From assembly GCA_964016885.1 (NCBI GenBank), contig OZ024746.1, positions 51,584,001 through 51,648,000 on the forward strand: DNA of 64,000 nt, read 5' to 3'. The DNA comes from Eledone cirrhosa (lineage: Eukaryota). Below, one piece after another: positions 1 through 16,068 of this stretch. How positions within the stretch are numbered: the stretch's first letter is position 1; the number at the start of each line of letters is the position of its first letter. Made by a program: the position numbers and the translations under genes. Under the pieces are notes generated by a model. It had not been told where the DNA came from. It did not search any database and was given only the letters and a program-made list of their open reading frames with translations.

Positions 1-233
1 TATATATATACTGTGAACAGGGCTGGTTATAATTAATTGGCAATAGCACTAAGATAGCGTTAAGCATGATAGGAATGTGTATGAAAGTTTATACAATTAA
101 CATCTGAGGGCCTCAATATATGCATATGGACATTTCCTGTCGATGTTTTCTATATGATTTATGCAATAAATTTTCAATACCCCAAAATCTATATAGGCTA
201 TTTTCAATGTTTATCTCAGTACCGGCTGAGTGA

Positions 234-280
234 ATGTCGCTGATGATAGATTAATGAATCTTGAAACAGTTGTCTAAAAA
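234..280 (+). ncRNA. Hammerhead core with decayed stem I
   Basis: CUGAUGA(240)-uagauu aaug aaucuu-GAAA-caguug-UC. Confidence 0.5.
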
Positions 281-2256
281 TGTTAATGGGCACTGAGGTA
301 TCTGTGACATGTTTACAGAGCAAAAGAGGGAAAAGTAATTTTTTCACAACAAAAAAAAATTTTTTTTCTTTGTATGTAAACATATAGTGTATACGTTCAT
401 ATAGACCCACCTTTCAACAAATTGGTTGGAAGGAAACACTTATCTCTCTACCCTGATTGTTCTCTTCAGGTAAAACCTGAAAATGTTAATTAGGGCTTCG
501 CTGAAGAGGAAAGTGTTTGGCTTCAAATCTTTTAGGTGCGTCAACCATACCACCTCTTTTGTCATGGCCACCAGGCATATAAAAACTGCCTGTCCTTTCC
601 TTCCAAATGAAGCTGGTGGAGCGATCTTCATAATGGACTCAGTTGATAGCCGGATCTGTCCCACACGTGACAGATGTTCGACATAAACCCACGGGTCATA
701 GTATGGCCGTCTGGCTGAATGGTTTAAGAGTTTGCTTTATGATCATTAAGTTTCAGTTTCGATTCAATTGCGGGGCATTTTGGGTAATTGTCATTTACGA
801 CAGCCTAGCGTTGGTCCATGCTTTGTGAATGAATTTAGGTTGAGAGAAACTCTTTTAAAGCCTGTCAAATAGACACGATCTATAATTCAACGAAACAGCC
901 TTGTCACATAATGTGTCCTATTGAATCTCCCTGATAAGCGCATCTTCCTTACCATCCTCCGGGGAAACGCTTCTCCATTCTGTCCGCCGGGGCTGTGGGG
1001 CGGCCCACACGTGGGACCCCATTTGCTCACTGTACAGAGAGAGGGGGAGATGACGGTGGGAGTTCGGCTCTTCGCTGTTCGGCACATTGCATCTGTCAAG
1101 AGTGTATTTTCATACTTGTGGCGAACGTTGTGAATTCCTATTTATGTATCGTAAACAAGGTGTGCGTTGGCTCGCTCCCGCCCAGGCAGCCAGTGATAAG
1201 TAAGCAGCGACGCAGGAAAACACTAAATATCTCCGAATGGAATGATAGAACATTACTTGATAAATTTTAAGAGCACACTTTTCTATAGAATGCTCCGCTA
1301 CTTGCACGGGTAATTTCACGAGTTGGCTGTTCATTATAGTTCTAGTTGTTACATAAAAGAGTCCTATTCACTTGATATTCGACAGCGTCATAGAGCATCA
1401 TATTATATTCCATGACTGAAAACAAACAACTAGAAAGTACTCATCCATCTCCCCTATCTTACTAAATAAAGCCTTATATCGCTCTAACATCTTTCAATAG
1501 TTGACTGATGAAATGACAAGTCGGTCAATCATATTGGTGGCCTCCCCACAGCCCCGGCGGACAGAATGGAGAGGGCGTTTCCCCGGAGGACGGCAAGGGA
1601 GACGGGCTAGAAAAGCCATTCCAACTCGCGAGGCTCACACCTGCAGCTAGCCAGCTCAGCGCCTATGGTGGTGAGTAGGGAGGTAGCCCTAGGGCCGAGG
1701 ACACCAGAAGTCTCTACTGCCAAGGGTACGACGACAAACCTGTCGGAGAGTTACCGGTTCTATTGACCGTGCAGTTAGAAGACTCATTGTCGGATCATAT
1801 GAACCCGTTGATAAACAAGCACTCAGAATTCCAGAATACTCAGAGAGCTCAGACAACGTCTACGTTTATTTACACGTCCATAGACACTAGGACTGACGTA
1901 CAGTGAGGGTAAGGTGAAGTTAGTCTGGAGTGTGTTAGTTAATTTAATTTAATTACAGCAAATTAGTGAATCACGTGATATCGGGGTTGTTATTCTCATA
2001 TCTCCTCTTACTATGACTCTCTCTTTTTCTCCTTCTCCCTATCTTTCACTTCACTGCCCCATTTTGTTTCTATCTGTCTTCCTTCTCTCTCTCTTCCTCT
2101 CTCTCTCTCTCCTCTCTCTCTCTCTGTATATATACATATATTTATATACACACATAAATACATACATATATCTATATTATATTATATGCATATATATATA
2201 TATATGTAAATACATATATAATTGTCTATGTGTGTGTGTGGATGTATATATATATG

Positions 2257-2380
<124 letters not shown>

Positions 2381-2885
2381 CAGAGGTAGCCAGTGTATAG
2401 ATAAGACATACCCCCTCTCTCCAATTAAACAGTGATAAATGTCTTTTACTCAGACATTGCAGCAATTTAGTTACAACAGGAACACCTCGTCTTCTTATGC
2501 GAAATGTTAGAGGTGACTATCACAGCAGCAGCAACAACACCCACATACTGCTGGGGTGGGGGAAAGTACTTGTAATTGTTGTGGTTTTTGGTGGTTGCGG
2601 TGGTGCTGCTGCAGTTGATTGTGACAGTGGTAGTGGCACTAGTGATGGTGGTGTTAGTGATGTCGGTAGTGTTGATTTTGCTGGTAGCGGTGGTGGTGTT
2701 TAGAATGGTGATGGTTTTTGTTATTGAGTCGGATATGATAAAGCAGAACTATGATTAAAAGTAGTCCAGATTTGGCCATCCTGCCTTTTATTCAGTGTGA
2801 TCAGTTGGTGATTTGGCTCTGTAGTAATAGGAGGAAGAAGGAGCATACTATAATGTACGACAGCTTCGTTCACTTCCTCTATTAC

Positions 2886-3185
2886 CAGGGCCGGATTTAA
2901 TAAGGGTGGGGCAAAAGAGACAATTGCCCCGGGCCTCCTGCAATGGGGGACCCCAACAGCGACGGCTGTAGCAATTTATTTGTGCCCTTATCTGGGCTTT
3001 TTAGTTTTAGGATGGTTAGAATTTTTGAATTTAATATATACATGTATAACTTTTCAATTCCAATTACTTGAGCCTAGCTAACTTTGATATGTAAAATGGG
3101 GAGGGGGGTGCTGTGTATTCCAATGTTTTTGTGTATGAGCCCCCCCCCCCCCCCCTAAACCTGAAGTGTTCCGGGCTACCCAAGG
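2886..3185. mobile_element. hAT-like MITE lacking its right TIR
   Basis: Starts cagggccggattta; 8-bp flanks tctattac / tctataac; interrupts one copy of the local duplication (2705-2885 plus 3186-3215 vs 3564-3770). Confidence 0.5.
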
Positions 3186-3850
3186 TCTATAACCATGAAT
3201 TTTGTAGTCACATGAATTTAATCAGGCTTGAGACAGGACACCTTTATTATGACTGACTATGGAAAAGTCCTCTCTAAGATAAATTAGGTCCAAATAAATG
3301 TAAGAGCCTGGCCAAAGTGTTTTGTGTAAGACCAGCAATCACCCATACATGCTTGTCTCCCCTCTCCAAGTCATTGATGTTGTCCAGGTGAAAGGCAGTG
3401 GAAGATACAATATGGCACATGTATCTTCGCAACACATTCTTTCCATCCAAGTGATAGAGCAATGAGAAATAAAGTTTTTTTTATGCAATGTGAAGGAAAA
3501 GTGAAAGAGGAAGAATCAACCCCAGCACTGAACTGGAAGTTTGGCCATCTTGCCTTTTATTCAATGGTGATGGTTTTTGTTGTTGAGTCGGATGTGATAA
3601 AGCAGAAGTGTGATTAAAAATAGTCCAGATTTGGCCATCATGCATTTTATTCAATGTGGTCTGCTGGCGATTTGGCTCCGTAGTAATAGTAGGAAAAAGG
3701 AGCATACTATAATTCACGACAGTTTTGATCACATCGTCTATAACCATGAATTATGTACGCACATGATGCAATCAATAGTATTCATGCTACTTAAACACAG
3801 GTAATATGCATAACACTTGATCAACCTCGGTCGGCTTACTTGGATAAAGG

Positions 3851-3938
3851 TATTGGGTCACAAGTATGAAATTTGTAGAAATTTGTAGGAAAAAAAAACA
3901 AATTTCTACACATTTCATTCATACTTGACGACCCAATA
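3851..3938. mobile_element. Tiny mariner-like MITE / hairpin
   Basis: Inverted arms tattgggtcacaagtatgaa...ttcatacttgacgacccaata. Confidence 0.55.
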
Positions 3939-4057
3939 TATGTTTTAAGATACGAAAATATCCAGCATGCACACCCATAGGTTATAAAGAACTGCCTAAC
4001 ACATTAAGTATTTTTTGGCGAAACGAAATTGAAGAAATTAATTAGCATTAAATACAG

Positions 4058-4221
4058 TGGCAGTATCGGTAGAGGGTCGGACGCCATGCTTTGACGCACA
4101 GAGTTATGGCCCTTGCCATTATGAGTTCAAATCCCGCCTTTCATCCTTACGGGGTCGATAAAATAAAGTACTATTAATGCACTAGGTAATTGCTGGCCTT
4201 GTGCCAAAAGTAGAAACAATT
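4058..4221 (+). mobile_element. tRNA-derived SINE, main family
   Basis: B box gagttcaaatcc; core gcctttcatccttacggggtcgataaaataaagtac; TSD attaaatacagt. Confidence 0.85.
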
Positions 4222-4226
4222 AAATA

Positions 4227-4835
4227 CAGTAGAACCTCGCAGTACGACTGCCCCATTGTACCAGTAATTTGCTGTACTAGACGAGGCTCGTGTGAATTTT
4301 TGTCTTGTAGTACGAGTGGAAATCCGCAGTACGAGCGAGTTTCATACAATTAATGATTTCTAGTATAGGCACAAGGCCAGAAATTTTGGGGGAGGTGTAA
4401 GTCGATTAAATCGACCCCCAGTACGTTACTGGTACTTTATTTTATCGACTCCGTAAGGATGAAAGGCAAAGCTAACCTCGGTGGAATTTGAACTCAGAAC
4501 GTAAAGAGCTATAACTCTATGCTGCAAAACATGGTGTCTGACCCTCTACCGATACTGCCAATCCACCACCCTAGTTTCATACAATTAATAAAAGCAGTTT
4601 ACATATTTCTTTTGCATTTTCTTTTATTATGTTTTATAGTTCTTATTTTCCTTGTAACTGCATCTTTACTGTTTTAAAACCCATTAAAATGATTTTTTGT
4701 GGGACTTTTGGGGGCTGGAACGGATTATTTATATTTTGATTAATTTCAATGGGGAAAATTGATTTGTAAAACGAGTAAATCTTAAAACGAGCTCGGTCAT
4801 GGATCAAATTAAACTCGTACTGCTAGGTATCACTG
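4227..4835. mobile_element. Tigger/pogo-like non-autonomous DNA transposon containing a nested SINE
   Basis: Imperfect TIRs cagtagaacctcgcagtacga / tcgtactgctaggtatcactg, TA flanks. Confidence 0.7.
4355..4572 (-). mobile_element. tRNA-derived SINE, main family
   Basis: Full copy with 17-bp TSD agtttcatacaattaat. Confidence 0.88.
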
Positions 4836-5132
4836 TATATCACTTGTCTTATTGTACACAGACGAATCATATCTCAAATATATATTTCACAGTGAATAGT
4901 GAAATATGTGTTGTGATGTGATGTAGTCTTGTAGGGGAGATATGTGTTGTGTAGTTGTGCAGTAGTGAGTACATGTTGAGCTGTTATGTTGTGTGATAGT
5001 GAGGACATGTGTTGTAGAATAGTAGTGACGATATGTTCTGTTGCAGTGTTGTGTCGTAGTGAAGACATGTTGTATTGTAGTGTTGTCATGTGACTGGGTT
5101 GTGATAGTGCCGGTATGTTGTGAGTTACTTAA

Positions 5133-5340
5133 CCCTTTAGCATTTACATTACTCTACATATACTATTATATTTTCATGGTACAGGCTTTATCTCACATAA
5201 TATCGAATCTACGAGATTTTGATATTATTTATTTTGAGAACAATACCTTAATATCAGTATGAATTGCCGTTTGCAGCCGGTTTGAAGAGAAAGAGGTGAG
5301 AGAATTCTGGCAGACAACGGCCAGTTTAAATACTAAAGGT
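5133..5340. mobile_element. piggyBac-like MITE
   Basis: TTAA on both sides; TIRs ccctttagcattta / taaatactaaaggt. Confidence 0.65.
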
Positions 5341-5949
5341 TTAATGTAATAGTAAATCTATGTTGTGTTGTAGTGTACTGTGGTAGTAAGGACATTTCGT
5401 GCTTGTGTTGTATTAGTGTCGGTGTAGTTGTGAGGACATGTGTTTGACTAGTTTGTTAATGAGGGCAAAGTGATGGGGGTATTTTAGTAGTGAAGGCATA
5501 CTGTGTGGGTCGCAGTGAGACAGTGATGACATTTGGGGGTGATGGTGGTGGTTATGGTGGTGGTGAGGTTTTTGGCGTTGGTGTCGTTGGTAAGGGATGT
5601 GATGGCATTCGTAGAGATCAAATATGACAATGCGACAATAAGAGATGTGATTTACTTGATTATTGACAGTGGTAACCAACTGGGGAGAGTTTCGTGTGTG
5701 TCAAGTATATTTATAATACATTGTATAATTAAGAATCATTTCCTTTTACATTATAGCTATATATATATATATATATATATAACAAAGAAACTGTGGTAAG
5801 TAACCAGGTGGACCATAACGCACCAAAATAGGAAAAGAGTGAGGACCCAGACGGCTGAGCTCCGGCCATTTCGACAGTTAGGATCTAACTATCGAAATGG
5901 CCGGAGCTCAGCCATCGGGGACCTGACTCTTTCCCTATTACCCACTCTC

Positions 5950-6282
<333 letters not shown>

Positions 6283-6290
6283 TATATACA

Positions 6291-6477
6291 GGGCGGTGAA
6301 TTGGCAGTATCGGTAGAGAGTCGGCCGCCATGCTATCCAGCATAGTTAAGTCTCTTTATGGTCTGTGTTCAAATCCCGCCGAGGTTAACTTTGCCTTTCA
6401 TCCTTACGGGGTCGATAAAATAAAGTACCAGTAATGTACTGGGTATTTGCTGGCCTTGTGCCAAATGTAGAAACAAT

Positions 6478-6478
<1 letters not shown>
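6291..6478 (+). mobile_element. tRNA-derived SINE, main family
   Basis: Matches family consensus. Confidence 0.85.
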
Positions 6479-6531
<53 letters not shown>

Positions 6532-6546
6532 GTATATAGATATATG

Positions 6547-6595
<49 letters not shown>

Positions 6596-6640
6596 GTATA
6601 TATGTATATATATGTATATATATATGTATATATATATATG

Positions 6641-6687
<47 letters not shown>

Positions 6688-6702
6688 GTATATATATATA
6701 TG

Positions 6703-6733
<31 letters not shown>

Positions 6734-6770
6734 GTATATATATATATGTATATATGTATATATACATATG

Positions 6771-6822
<52 letters not shown>

Positions 6823-6835
6823 GATATGTATATAT

Positions 6836-7217
<382 letters not shown>

Positions 7218-7259
7218 TATATATATGTATATATGTATATATATATGTATATATATATG

Positions 7260-7338
<79 letters not shown>

Positions 7339-7379
7339 ATATATATGTATATATATATATGTATATATGTATATATATG

Positions 7380-7426
<47 letters not shown>

Positions 7427-7447
7427 GTATATATATATGTATGTATA

Positions 7448-7557
<110 letters not shown>

Positions 7558-7559
7558 TG

Positions 7560-7595
<36 letters not shown>

Positions 7596-7603
7596 TAAAT
7601 ATG

Positions 7604-7702
<99 letters not shown>

Positions 7703-7781
7703 GTATATATGTATATATATATATATATGTGTATATATATATACATATATATATATGCATATATATATATATATGCATATA

Positions 7782-7995
<214 letters not shown>

Positions 7996-7996
7996 C

Positions 7997-8081
<85 letters not shown>

Positions 8082-8089
8082 CATATGTA

Positions 8090-8125
<36 letters not shown>

Positions 8126-8131
8126 CATATG

Positions 8132-8374
<243 letters not shown>

Positions 8375-8416
8375 GCATATATATATATATATATGCATAT
8401 ATATATATGTATATAT

Positions 8417-8809
8417 CACTGCCCAAATGATGTTGGCATCGCCTTCAAGATACACCCAAGGCTTCGGCCCTGTGCTATCCGTCCCATTCAAAAATCTAAA
8501 TCGCAACTCATAACAACAATACGGCACAATTATTTCACCTCAATCGGCCCTGCTCTCTTCAACATCACACCAGGACACGTCAAAACAGAAACTGACCACA
8601 CAAAATTCAAGAAGTCTTTGGACAAATTCCTCCAAGTAATCCCGGACAAACCACCCACACCCGGATATGTCTCCGCAAACAGTAATTCTCTTCTCGAATG
8701 GGCCATGGTGCCCAAATCCTGAATTGAAAGACTTCGCCAGGTGGTGCTATTAAGTTAGACATGGCCTGGGCCAATACTGGCCAAAACATTTCAAAGTTAT
8801 TCAAAGTTA
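8417..8809 (+). mobile_element. 3' end of a CR1-group LINE inserted in (TA)n
   Basis: Open frame HCPNDVG...[10 protein letters not shown]...[16 protein letters not shown]...NSLLEW, stop at 8722, 3' UTR ending in a tandem ttcaaagtta tail. Confidence 0.75.
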
Positions 8810-8821
8810 TATATATGTATA

Positions 8822-8852
<31 letters not shown>

Positions 8853-8854
8853 GC

Positions 8855-8898
<44 letters not shown>

Positions 8899-8923
8899 GC
8901 ATATATATATATATATATATATA

Positions 8924-8988
<65 letters not shown>

Positions 8989-10109
8989 ATGAAATGTGGA
9001 GAGGAGGCACACGAGTTAGTATATATATATGAAAACAGGGAGTAAATATATTTTTCTTCCTCATAATCGTCTCTTTCTCCCTGTTTTCATATATATATAT
9101 ATGAAAACAGGGATATATATATATAGTGAAGGCGTCTGGCTGAGTGGTTAGGGAATTGGATTCGCAATCGTAAGGTTGTGAGTTCGATTCCTGGGCCATT
9201 CCTGCGTTATGTCCTTGAGCAAGACACTTTATTTCACGTTGCTCCTTCTACCTGGAGTTGCGACCGATAGATAGTATTAGCAATTGGAAAGACCAACGGA
9301 AACATTGTTCCCTCGGTCCGATTTGACGAAAGTCGATCGTTCCTATATATATAGTGAAAAATTGAACAAGAACAAAACAGAGAGGCAGTAGGAACAAAGG
9401 TTTATTAATTTCACGCTCTTGAGAGTGGGGTGGTGGTGGGGAACGAAATTTCAGGCATAAGCCCTTCTTCAGGTGAAAGGTGTGTGGGAAGAGAGTTCAA
9501 AGGGTGTGTAGGGGAGTGGTGGAGAGACATATAACAAAAAGGGGATGAGAGGAAACGGTGCAAATGAAATTAAAAATAAAGGCATTATCAAAATAAAATT
9601 AATATGGGGTAAAACAGGTGGTGGAAGGGTGTGGGGCGTGTAGGGGTGGTGGCGGGTGGAGTGGGGAGAGGGAGACGGGGTGTCCGAGCGGGGATGGCTG
9701 AAGGTGTATGTGTATTAGTAGAGGTGTTAGTGGGATGTGTGAGTGTTTGAGAAAGGGTGTGGGTGGAGCGGGTAGAGAAGGGTGTGGGGGCCGATGGAGG
9801 GAGTGTAGTGTACTGGTGTATGTGTGGTGAAGGGGGTGTTAGTATACTGGAGGTGGAGAAAGGGTTGAATGCGGGTGTGAGTGGGGGTCAGTGGTGGTAG
9901 GGTGTGTAGAGTCGGTGGTGTAAGAGGGTGTGTGTGTTCGTATGTATGTATATATATATATATGTATATATATATACATATATATATGTATATATATACA
10001 CATATATATATGTATATATATACACATATATATGTATATATATATACATATACATATATATATATATATATAATATATAAGATCAAAAGATGGTTAAAAG
10101 AGTTCCATG

Positions 10110-10180
10110 TATTTTATTATGCGCATTTCAAAAACAAATATCATCATGCAATAACATTTGTGTTTTCATCAGATAAAATA
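10110..10180 (-). ncRNA. Minimal type I hammerhead ribozyme
   Basis: uauuuuau-CUGAUGA-stem II-GAAA-ugcgca-UA-auaaaaua. Confidence 0.8.
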
Positions 10181-11675
10181 GGAAGACATGATATGAAGGT
10201 TAAAAAACACTTGTGAATAGTGCAGTTTTAAATCAACATATGAAAAGTAGTTTTAGATTGATGTGTGATGCGGAGGAGGTTGGAAAGGATGAAAAAGAGG
10301 AGGAGATGAGAGTAAAAAGTGGAGGGGGAGGAGTATAATGAGGAAGGATGAGATAGGAGGAGAGATGGGTGATAGAGAGAGAGAGATAGCTTCTATAACT
10401 GAGAAAAAAAAATATTGTTTTACATAGAGAGGTTGAAAAACCGTTGGAAGATGATATATGAATTAAAAGAATTTGAAAATTAACGAAGAGAAAAATGATG
10501 TAAAGTTAAGGTTTGTATATTGAAGGGTTTAATAATATGTGCGATGAAAAAGAATTGTTAATATGTATTAAGAATAATATTTAAGGGTTTAATAATATGT
10601 GCGATGGAAAGAAAATGTGGATATGTATTATTAAAAATAGAAAAGGTAATGTAAGTAAGGATATATTGTGAAAAAAGTAGAAGATGGGATGAAATAGTTA
10701 GATGAGCATGAAAGTGAGAAAAACATAATGAATTGAGGATGAATAATCTAACGTCAAAAAAATGTTTATGTTTACGAAAGATTTTTTCAAGGTGATATAA
10801 AGTAAGAATATATTGTATTGTGTAATAATTGTTTCTATGTTAGGCACAGTGAGAAAAGGTACAGATTAGGGGTTAGAAATTAAAAGAAAAAGAAAAGAAA
10901 AGGAAAAGGAAGAAAGGGAATTGATAAATAGGAGTGATATAGAATGAGGAACAAGTATTATATAATGTATAATAAATAACTTTGAAATAAGGTAGAAAGA
11001 TGGGTATATTTTTAGAGAAGTATATACATATATATGTGCCTTTGAGAAAAGGATTCTAAATTGATAAAGTATTGGATATTAGCTGTATACTTTATGGAAT
11101 GTTCTGTGGAATTTATGCAAGCAGAGAGAAAACAAGTCAGTGCGTCTATTTATTATAGAATCTAAATTAGATATAATGGTAAATTTTTCATTTAGACAGA
11201 GATTGCAAGTCTTGGATAGAGAACTGTTCAAGTATGAAAAGCAGAAGAAACCTTTTTCAAAGAGATGTTATATTTAATATTTTTGTCTTTCAAGGACCAT
11301 ATGAGTTCTGAGAGAGCCGTGTTAGTTCTTTTAAGTTGGTATTTAAAAGACGAATGATGATTATAAAGACGAGCTTTAAAGGAGGTGGCAGTGGAGCCAA
11401 AATAGGTGAAGGAATTGGTGTCAGTCTCAGTTATAAAAGCTATCTCTCTCTCTCTCTATCACCCATCACTCCTCCTATCTCATCCTTCCTCATTATACTC
11501 CTCCCCCTCCACTTTTTGCTCTCATCTCCTCCTCTTTTTCATCCTTTCCAATCGCCCCGCCTCAAAAAACTTTTTTCCCCAATATCACACATCAATCTAA
11601 AACTACTTTTCATATGTTGATTTAAAACTGCACTATTCACAAGGGTTTTTTAACCTTCATATCATGTCTTCCTAC

Positions 11676-11740
11676 TTTATCTGATGAAAACACAAATGTT
11701 ATTGCATGATGATATTTGTTTTTGAAATGCGCATAATAAA
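11676..11740 (+). ncRNA. Minimal type I hammerhead ribozyme
   Basis: uuuau-CUGAUGA(11681)-stem II-GAAA(11724)-ugcgca-UA-auaaa. Confidence 0.8.
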
Positions 11741-11864
11741 ATACATGGAACTCTTTTAACCATCTTTTGATCTTATATATTATGTATACTCCAGTCCTAC
11801 AAACTGTAGAGTGCTTCTTATCCGATATCTGCATTGCTCTATTGTACTACAATAAAACTCAACT

Positions 11865-12018
<154 letters not shown>

Positions 12019-12099
12019 TAACAGATTAAAGTTTAAGGAAAGAATCGCTGCTTTCACCCTTAACGGGATCTTCTGATATATATATGTGTGTGTATATGT

Positions 12100-12489
12100 A
12101 TATGGAATAGAATGAAACGAAATTTCATTTCTCACTCTTAGTACGGCACTTACTTAAATGTAAGTATGTATGTATGTATGTATACGTACATACATATATG
12201 TATACAGACGTACAGTAGTATGTATATATATACATACATGCACACATATATATATATGCACGTATCGGTTTACCGAACATTTATTATAATGCTCGGTTTG
12301 TTTGTTTGTAAACAAACAAACAGCCCGAATTACGCCGTACAGTGTTCAGGCAACCACATCACCTTTTTGTTCAACATTGACACAGGAACGATGTACTAGT
12401 TTCAAGCTTATTAGCTATCGTCAGCATCGTATACCTTGCTGCCAGATGGTTGAACGTCTGAAAGTATATACTTTCATTATGCATAAATG

Positions 12490-12490
<1 letters not shown>
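12100..12490 (-). mobile_element. PLE 3'-end remnant
   Basis: Homologous to 56277-57027, perfect hammerhead at 12388-12430, (TA)n flanks. Confidence 0.72.
12388..12430 (-). ncRNA. Minimal type I hammerhead ribozyme
   Basis: acgatg-CUGACGA-uagcu aaua agcuu-GAAA-cuag-UA-caucgu: perfect 6-bp stem I, palindromic stem III, GUA site. Confidence 0.85.
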
Positions 12491-12558
<68 letters not shown>

Positions 12559-12563
12559 GTATA

Positions 12564-12609
<46 letters not shown>

Positions 12610-13192
12610 CACATGTATATATATATATGTCTGTGTGTATGATTTTGCTTTCGAGAGCAAGAAACAGCCACGAAATACTTACTAAACAAAAAGAATGGTG
12701 GAATCTTTAAAACCTCCAAGTTGTGAACGCAACTTTCTATTATGTTACATTTCTGTAGAACATATTACACATGTGGTCAGCAGGTGCCCCTAAATATGTC
12801 ATCACGGATCTACCTTCAAATGTGGCATGATGTTGCTAAAACAATATACAATGTCTTCCGTAGGAAGGACTGCCCTGGGATAAGTATAGAGAATCCCCCT
12901 GTTATTAAATGTTGTTACAGTTCCCACGTATGTAGAGTTTGTTTGCCTCCTAAGTATTTCCATTTCTAAGTTAGTTTCTGGGATGTTTTTATGTGAGTCC
13001 GAAGCAACGGTTAATTCTCAACTGTTGCTGCTGGTACTAATTCTCGCCCTACTAATTTGATTGGAACAACGAGAAATAAAGCGTCTTACTGAAGGACATA
13101 ACAGATCGCCAATCAAGGAACTCTATGATTGTGAGTTCAACACTCTAACTACTAGATCAGACGTCTGTTATTGTATACACACACATGCTCTC

Positions 13193-13260
<68 letters not shown>

Positions 13261-13289
13261 TCTCTCACACACACACACACATACACGTA

Positions 13290-13367
13290 CCGGGTGTCTC
13301 CAAAAATGTATACATACTTCGATTAGAATGCTGTTGAAGTATGTATACATTTTTGGGGGACACCCCG
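13290..13367. mobile_element. Tiny Tc1/mariner-like MITE
   Basis: About 31-bp TIRs (ccgggtgtctccaaaaatgtatacatacttc) around a short spacer, TA at left. Confidence 0.65.
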
Positions 13368-13718
13368 AATATATATATATATATATCAACAGTATTTGAG
13401 GAACATGGCCATCAACATATTTCGTTAAGTGCAAACATAACAGGTCTGATATAGTTGTTTGGAGCAGAAAAGAAAATTTATGTTCAGTCGTAGATGTCAG
13501 CTGTTCTACAGATGTGAACATTTTTTTTTCTTTCCCAAAACCTTCGCGAAAGAGTATATTTGCGGACAATAGCCTGGAAACCTTCAGCTCCTGTACCTAG
13601 ATTATAAATTCACAAATGTTTAGCTAACCCTTATGATGGGATGTGTGGCCGATTGTCGCAATTGCCCATCCCCTTTTTTTCTTTTATGTTAATGTGTAAT
13701 GTACACACACACACACAC

Positions 13719-13801
<83 letters not shown>

Positions 13802-13804
<3 letters not shown>

Positions 13805-13987
13805 ATTGGCAGTATCGGTAGAGGGTCGGACTCCATACTTTGCAGCATAGAGTTATGGCCCTTTACGGTTTGAGTTCAAATCCCGCCGAGGTTAACTTTG
13901 CCTTTCATCCTTGCGGGGGTCGATAAAATAAAATACCAGTAATGCACTGGGGTAATTGCTGACCTTGTGCCAAAAGTAGAAACAATT
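13802..13987 (+). mobile_element. tRNA-derived SINE, main family
   Basis: Matches consensus; inverted partial copy at 14100-14210. Confidence 0.85.
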
Positions 13988-14379
13988 ATATTTGATATAT
14001 TTTAGTGTATTGTATTTGTTATGTGTTTATATATGTGTTTGTATTTATTTCTGAAAGAATTGTCAGCAATTTGTAATGTTATTTATGTATATGATTTATA
14101 ATTGTTTCTATGTTTCAGCAATTATCCCAGTGCATTACTGGTGCTTTATTTTGTCGACCCTATAATGATGAAAGGCAAAGTTAACCTCGGTGGCATTTGA
14201 ACTCAGAACATTATAAATTATGTATATATTTATAATCTTATTTAATTGTCCATTTAGGTTTGTAATAAATCCACTAATTCTAAAAAAAGAAATTAAAAAA
14301 ATTCACATTTATGCCTTTGGCCTATGTTAATAAACGCCTGTTTAATTTATGGTACAATTGTTTCATCAAACCTACTGTT

Positions 14380-14682
14380 CGACAAATGTGTCCGAACACG
14401 GAAGAACCGAACTCCCACTGTCATCGCATCCATCTCTCTCGCCCTCCCCATCTCTCTGTATTATGTGCAAATGGGGTCCCACGTGCTGGCTGCTCCACAG
14501 CCCCGGCGGAGGATGGTAAGGGAGATGCGCTGGAAGAGCCATTCCATCTCGCGAGGCTTACACCTGCGGCTGGCCAGCTAAGTGCTTATGGTGGTAAGTA
14601 GGGAGGTAGCCCTAGGGCCAAAGGATACCAGAAGTCTCCACTGCTAAAGGCTCGACCGCAAACCTGTCGGAGGGCGACCGAT
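14380..14682 (+). repeat. GC-rich dispersed repeat, probably a LINE 5' region
   Basis: Homologous to 1537-1760 (+) and 935-1110 (-). Confidence 0.6.
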
Positions 14683-15101
14683 AAGTGACAATCAGAAAAA
14701 GCTAGCGTTTTCATGCAAAAAAAGTAACCTGCTAACACGTTCATTGCTAATAAAATATCTATTAAGAACAGTAAAGATATGCAAAAGATTTTCTACATTT
14801 CAACACGTCTTCATGGCTATCTAGATTCTAGGAAGGGGCTTTGTTGCTTTGCTAAGAACCAACTGCTTTTTGTGGGAAGAATTCAAATAATTAAAAGAGT
14901 AAGATAACAATTATGCATACACACATACACACAAATACACATACATACATACACAAAGACACACAGACACATATACATATACATATGTACACACATATAA
15001 AGACATATAATGTACACGTATACATATATATACATACATATATATATACTCGAAAACACAAACGCATATAAATACCTGCATGTACGTATGTACGCACATG
15101 C

Positions 15102-15186
<85 letters not shown>

Positions 15187-15321
15187 CATATATACAGTGA
15201 TAGTTGTAGTGTCAAGAGCGTATCAGGTGTGGACGTGTGTATAGGGGAAGAATAGGGGGGGTTCTTAGGGAGGAATGGTTGGTGTATGAATGTCAGTGGG
15301 GTAAGAGCAGCAGCAGTAGTA

Positions 15322-15352
<31 letters not shown>

Positions 15353-15378
15353 GGTGGTGGTGGTGGTAGAAACAATTA

Positions 15379-16068
15379 TCTATAAAAGGCAGATTGTTGT
15401 TGTTGTGTGGTGTGTGTGCATGTTCCATGTTTATACATTTGCACAATTTCAAACCGATTCGACTCAAAGTCTGTAAGAATGTTGTAAATGGTCTACCTTA
15501 GCTCAACGACTATTTATTTCATTCAAACTCACCCACAATTACGGAAATAATCGATAAAACTAATTCAAAAGCAACAGATAAATTTATTCAACAACAAAAA
15601 AAATAGCGATAATTCTTTTTTAAAACATCTATCAACGAACGTGGAAGAAAGAAGTATCAGTTCATTTACTATACACAATAATATCCCCTATGAGCTCACT
15701 AAACCTGCTAGAAACAGCAGCTAACTCTCACCCAATTCACACCCCTCCCTACTGTCTTAAATTTAGAAAACACACATTAGACAACCATGCGGAACAACTC
15801 CATCGCAGCTCTGTTGTTCGGCTGGCATCGTCTATGCGCGTGTTGTGCAAGTGCTGTGAAACAATAAATTTCAACACTTCTTTGTATAGAGATAATATCC
15901 ATAGGCGAAACCACATTGACACTGCTGGCACAGCTCCTGCTTCGGCAGTCCAGGTCTGCAATTCATTCACCCAGTGCCTGGCAGACAAGAAAGTGGTGCC
16001 ATAAAATGGGTGGTGCAACCTAACTTTGGTAACTTACTGACCCCGAGCAACGCCGGGCTTTAATGGTA

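Noticed and set aside
9126-9200. tRNA-like heads with A/B boxes here and in other SINE copies
   Set aside because: They run directly into SINE bodies and lack full cloverleaf pairing; not tRNA genes.
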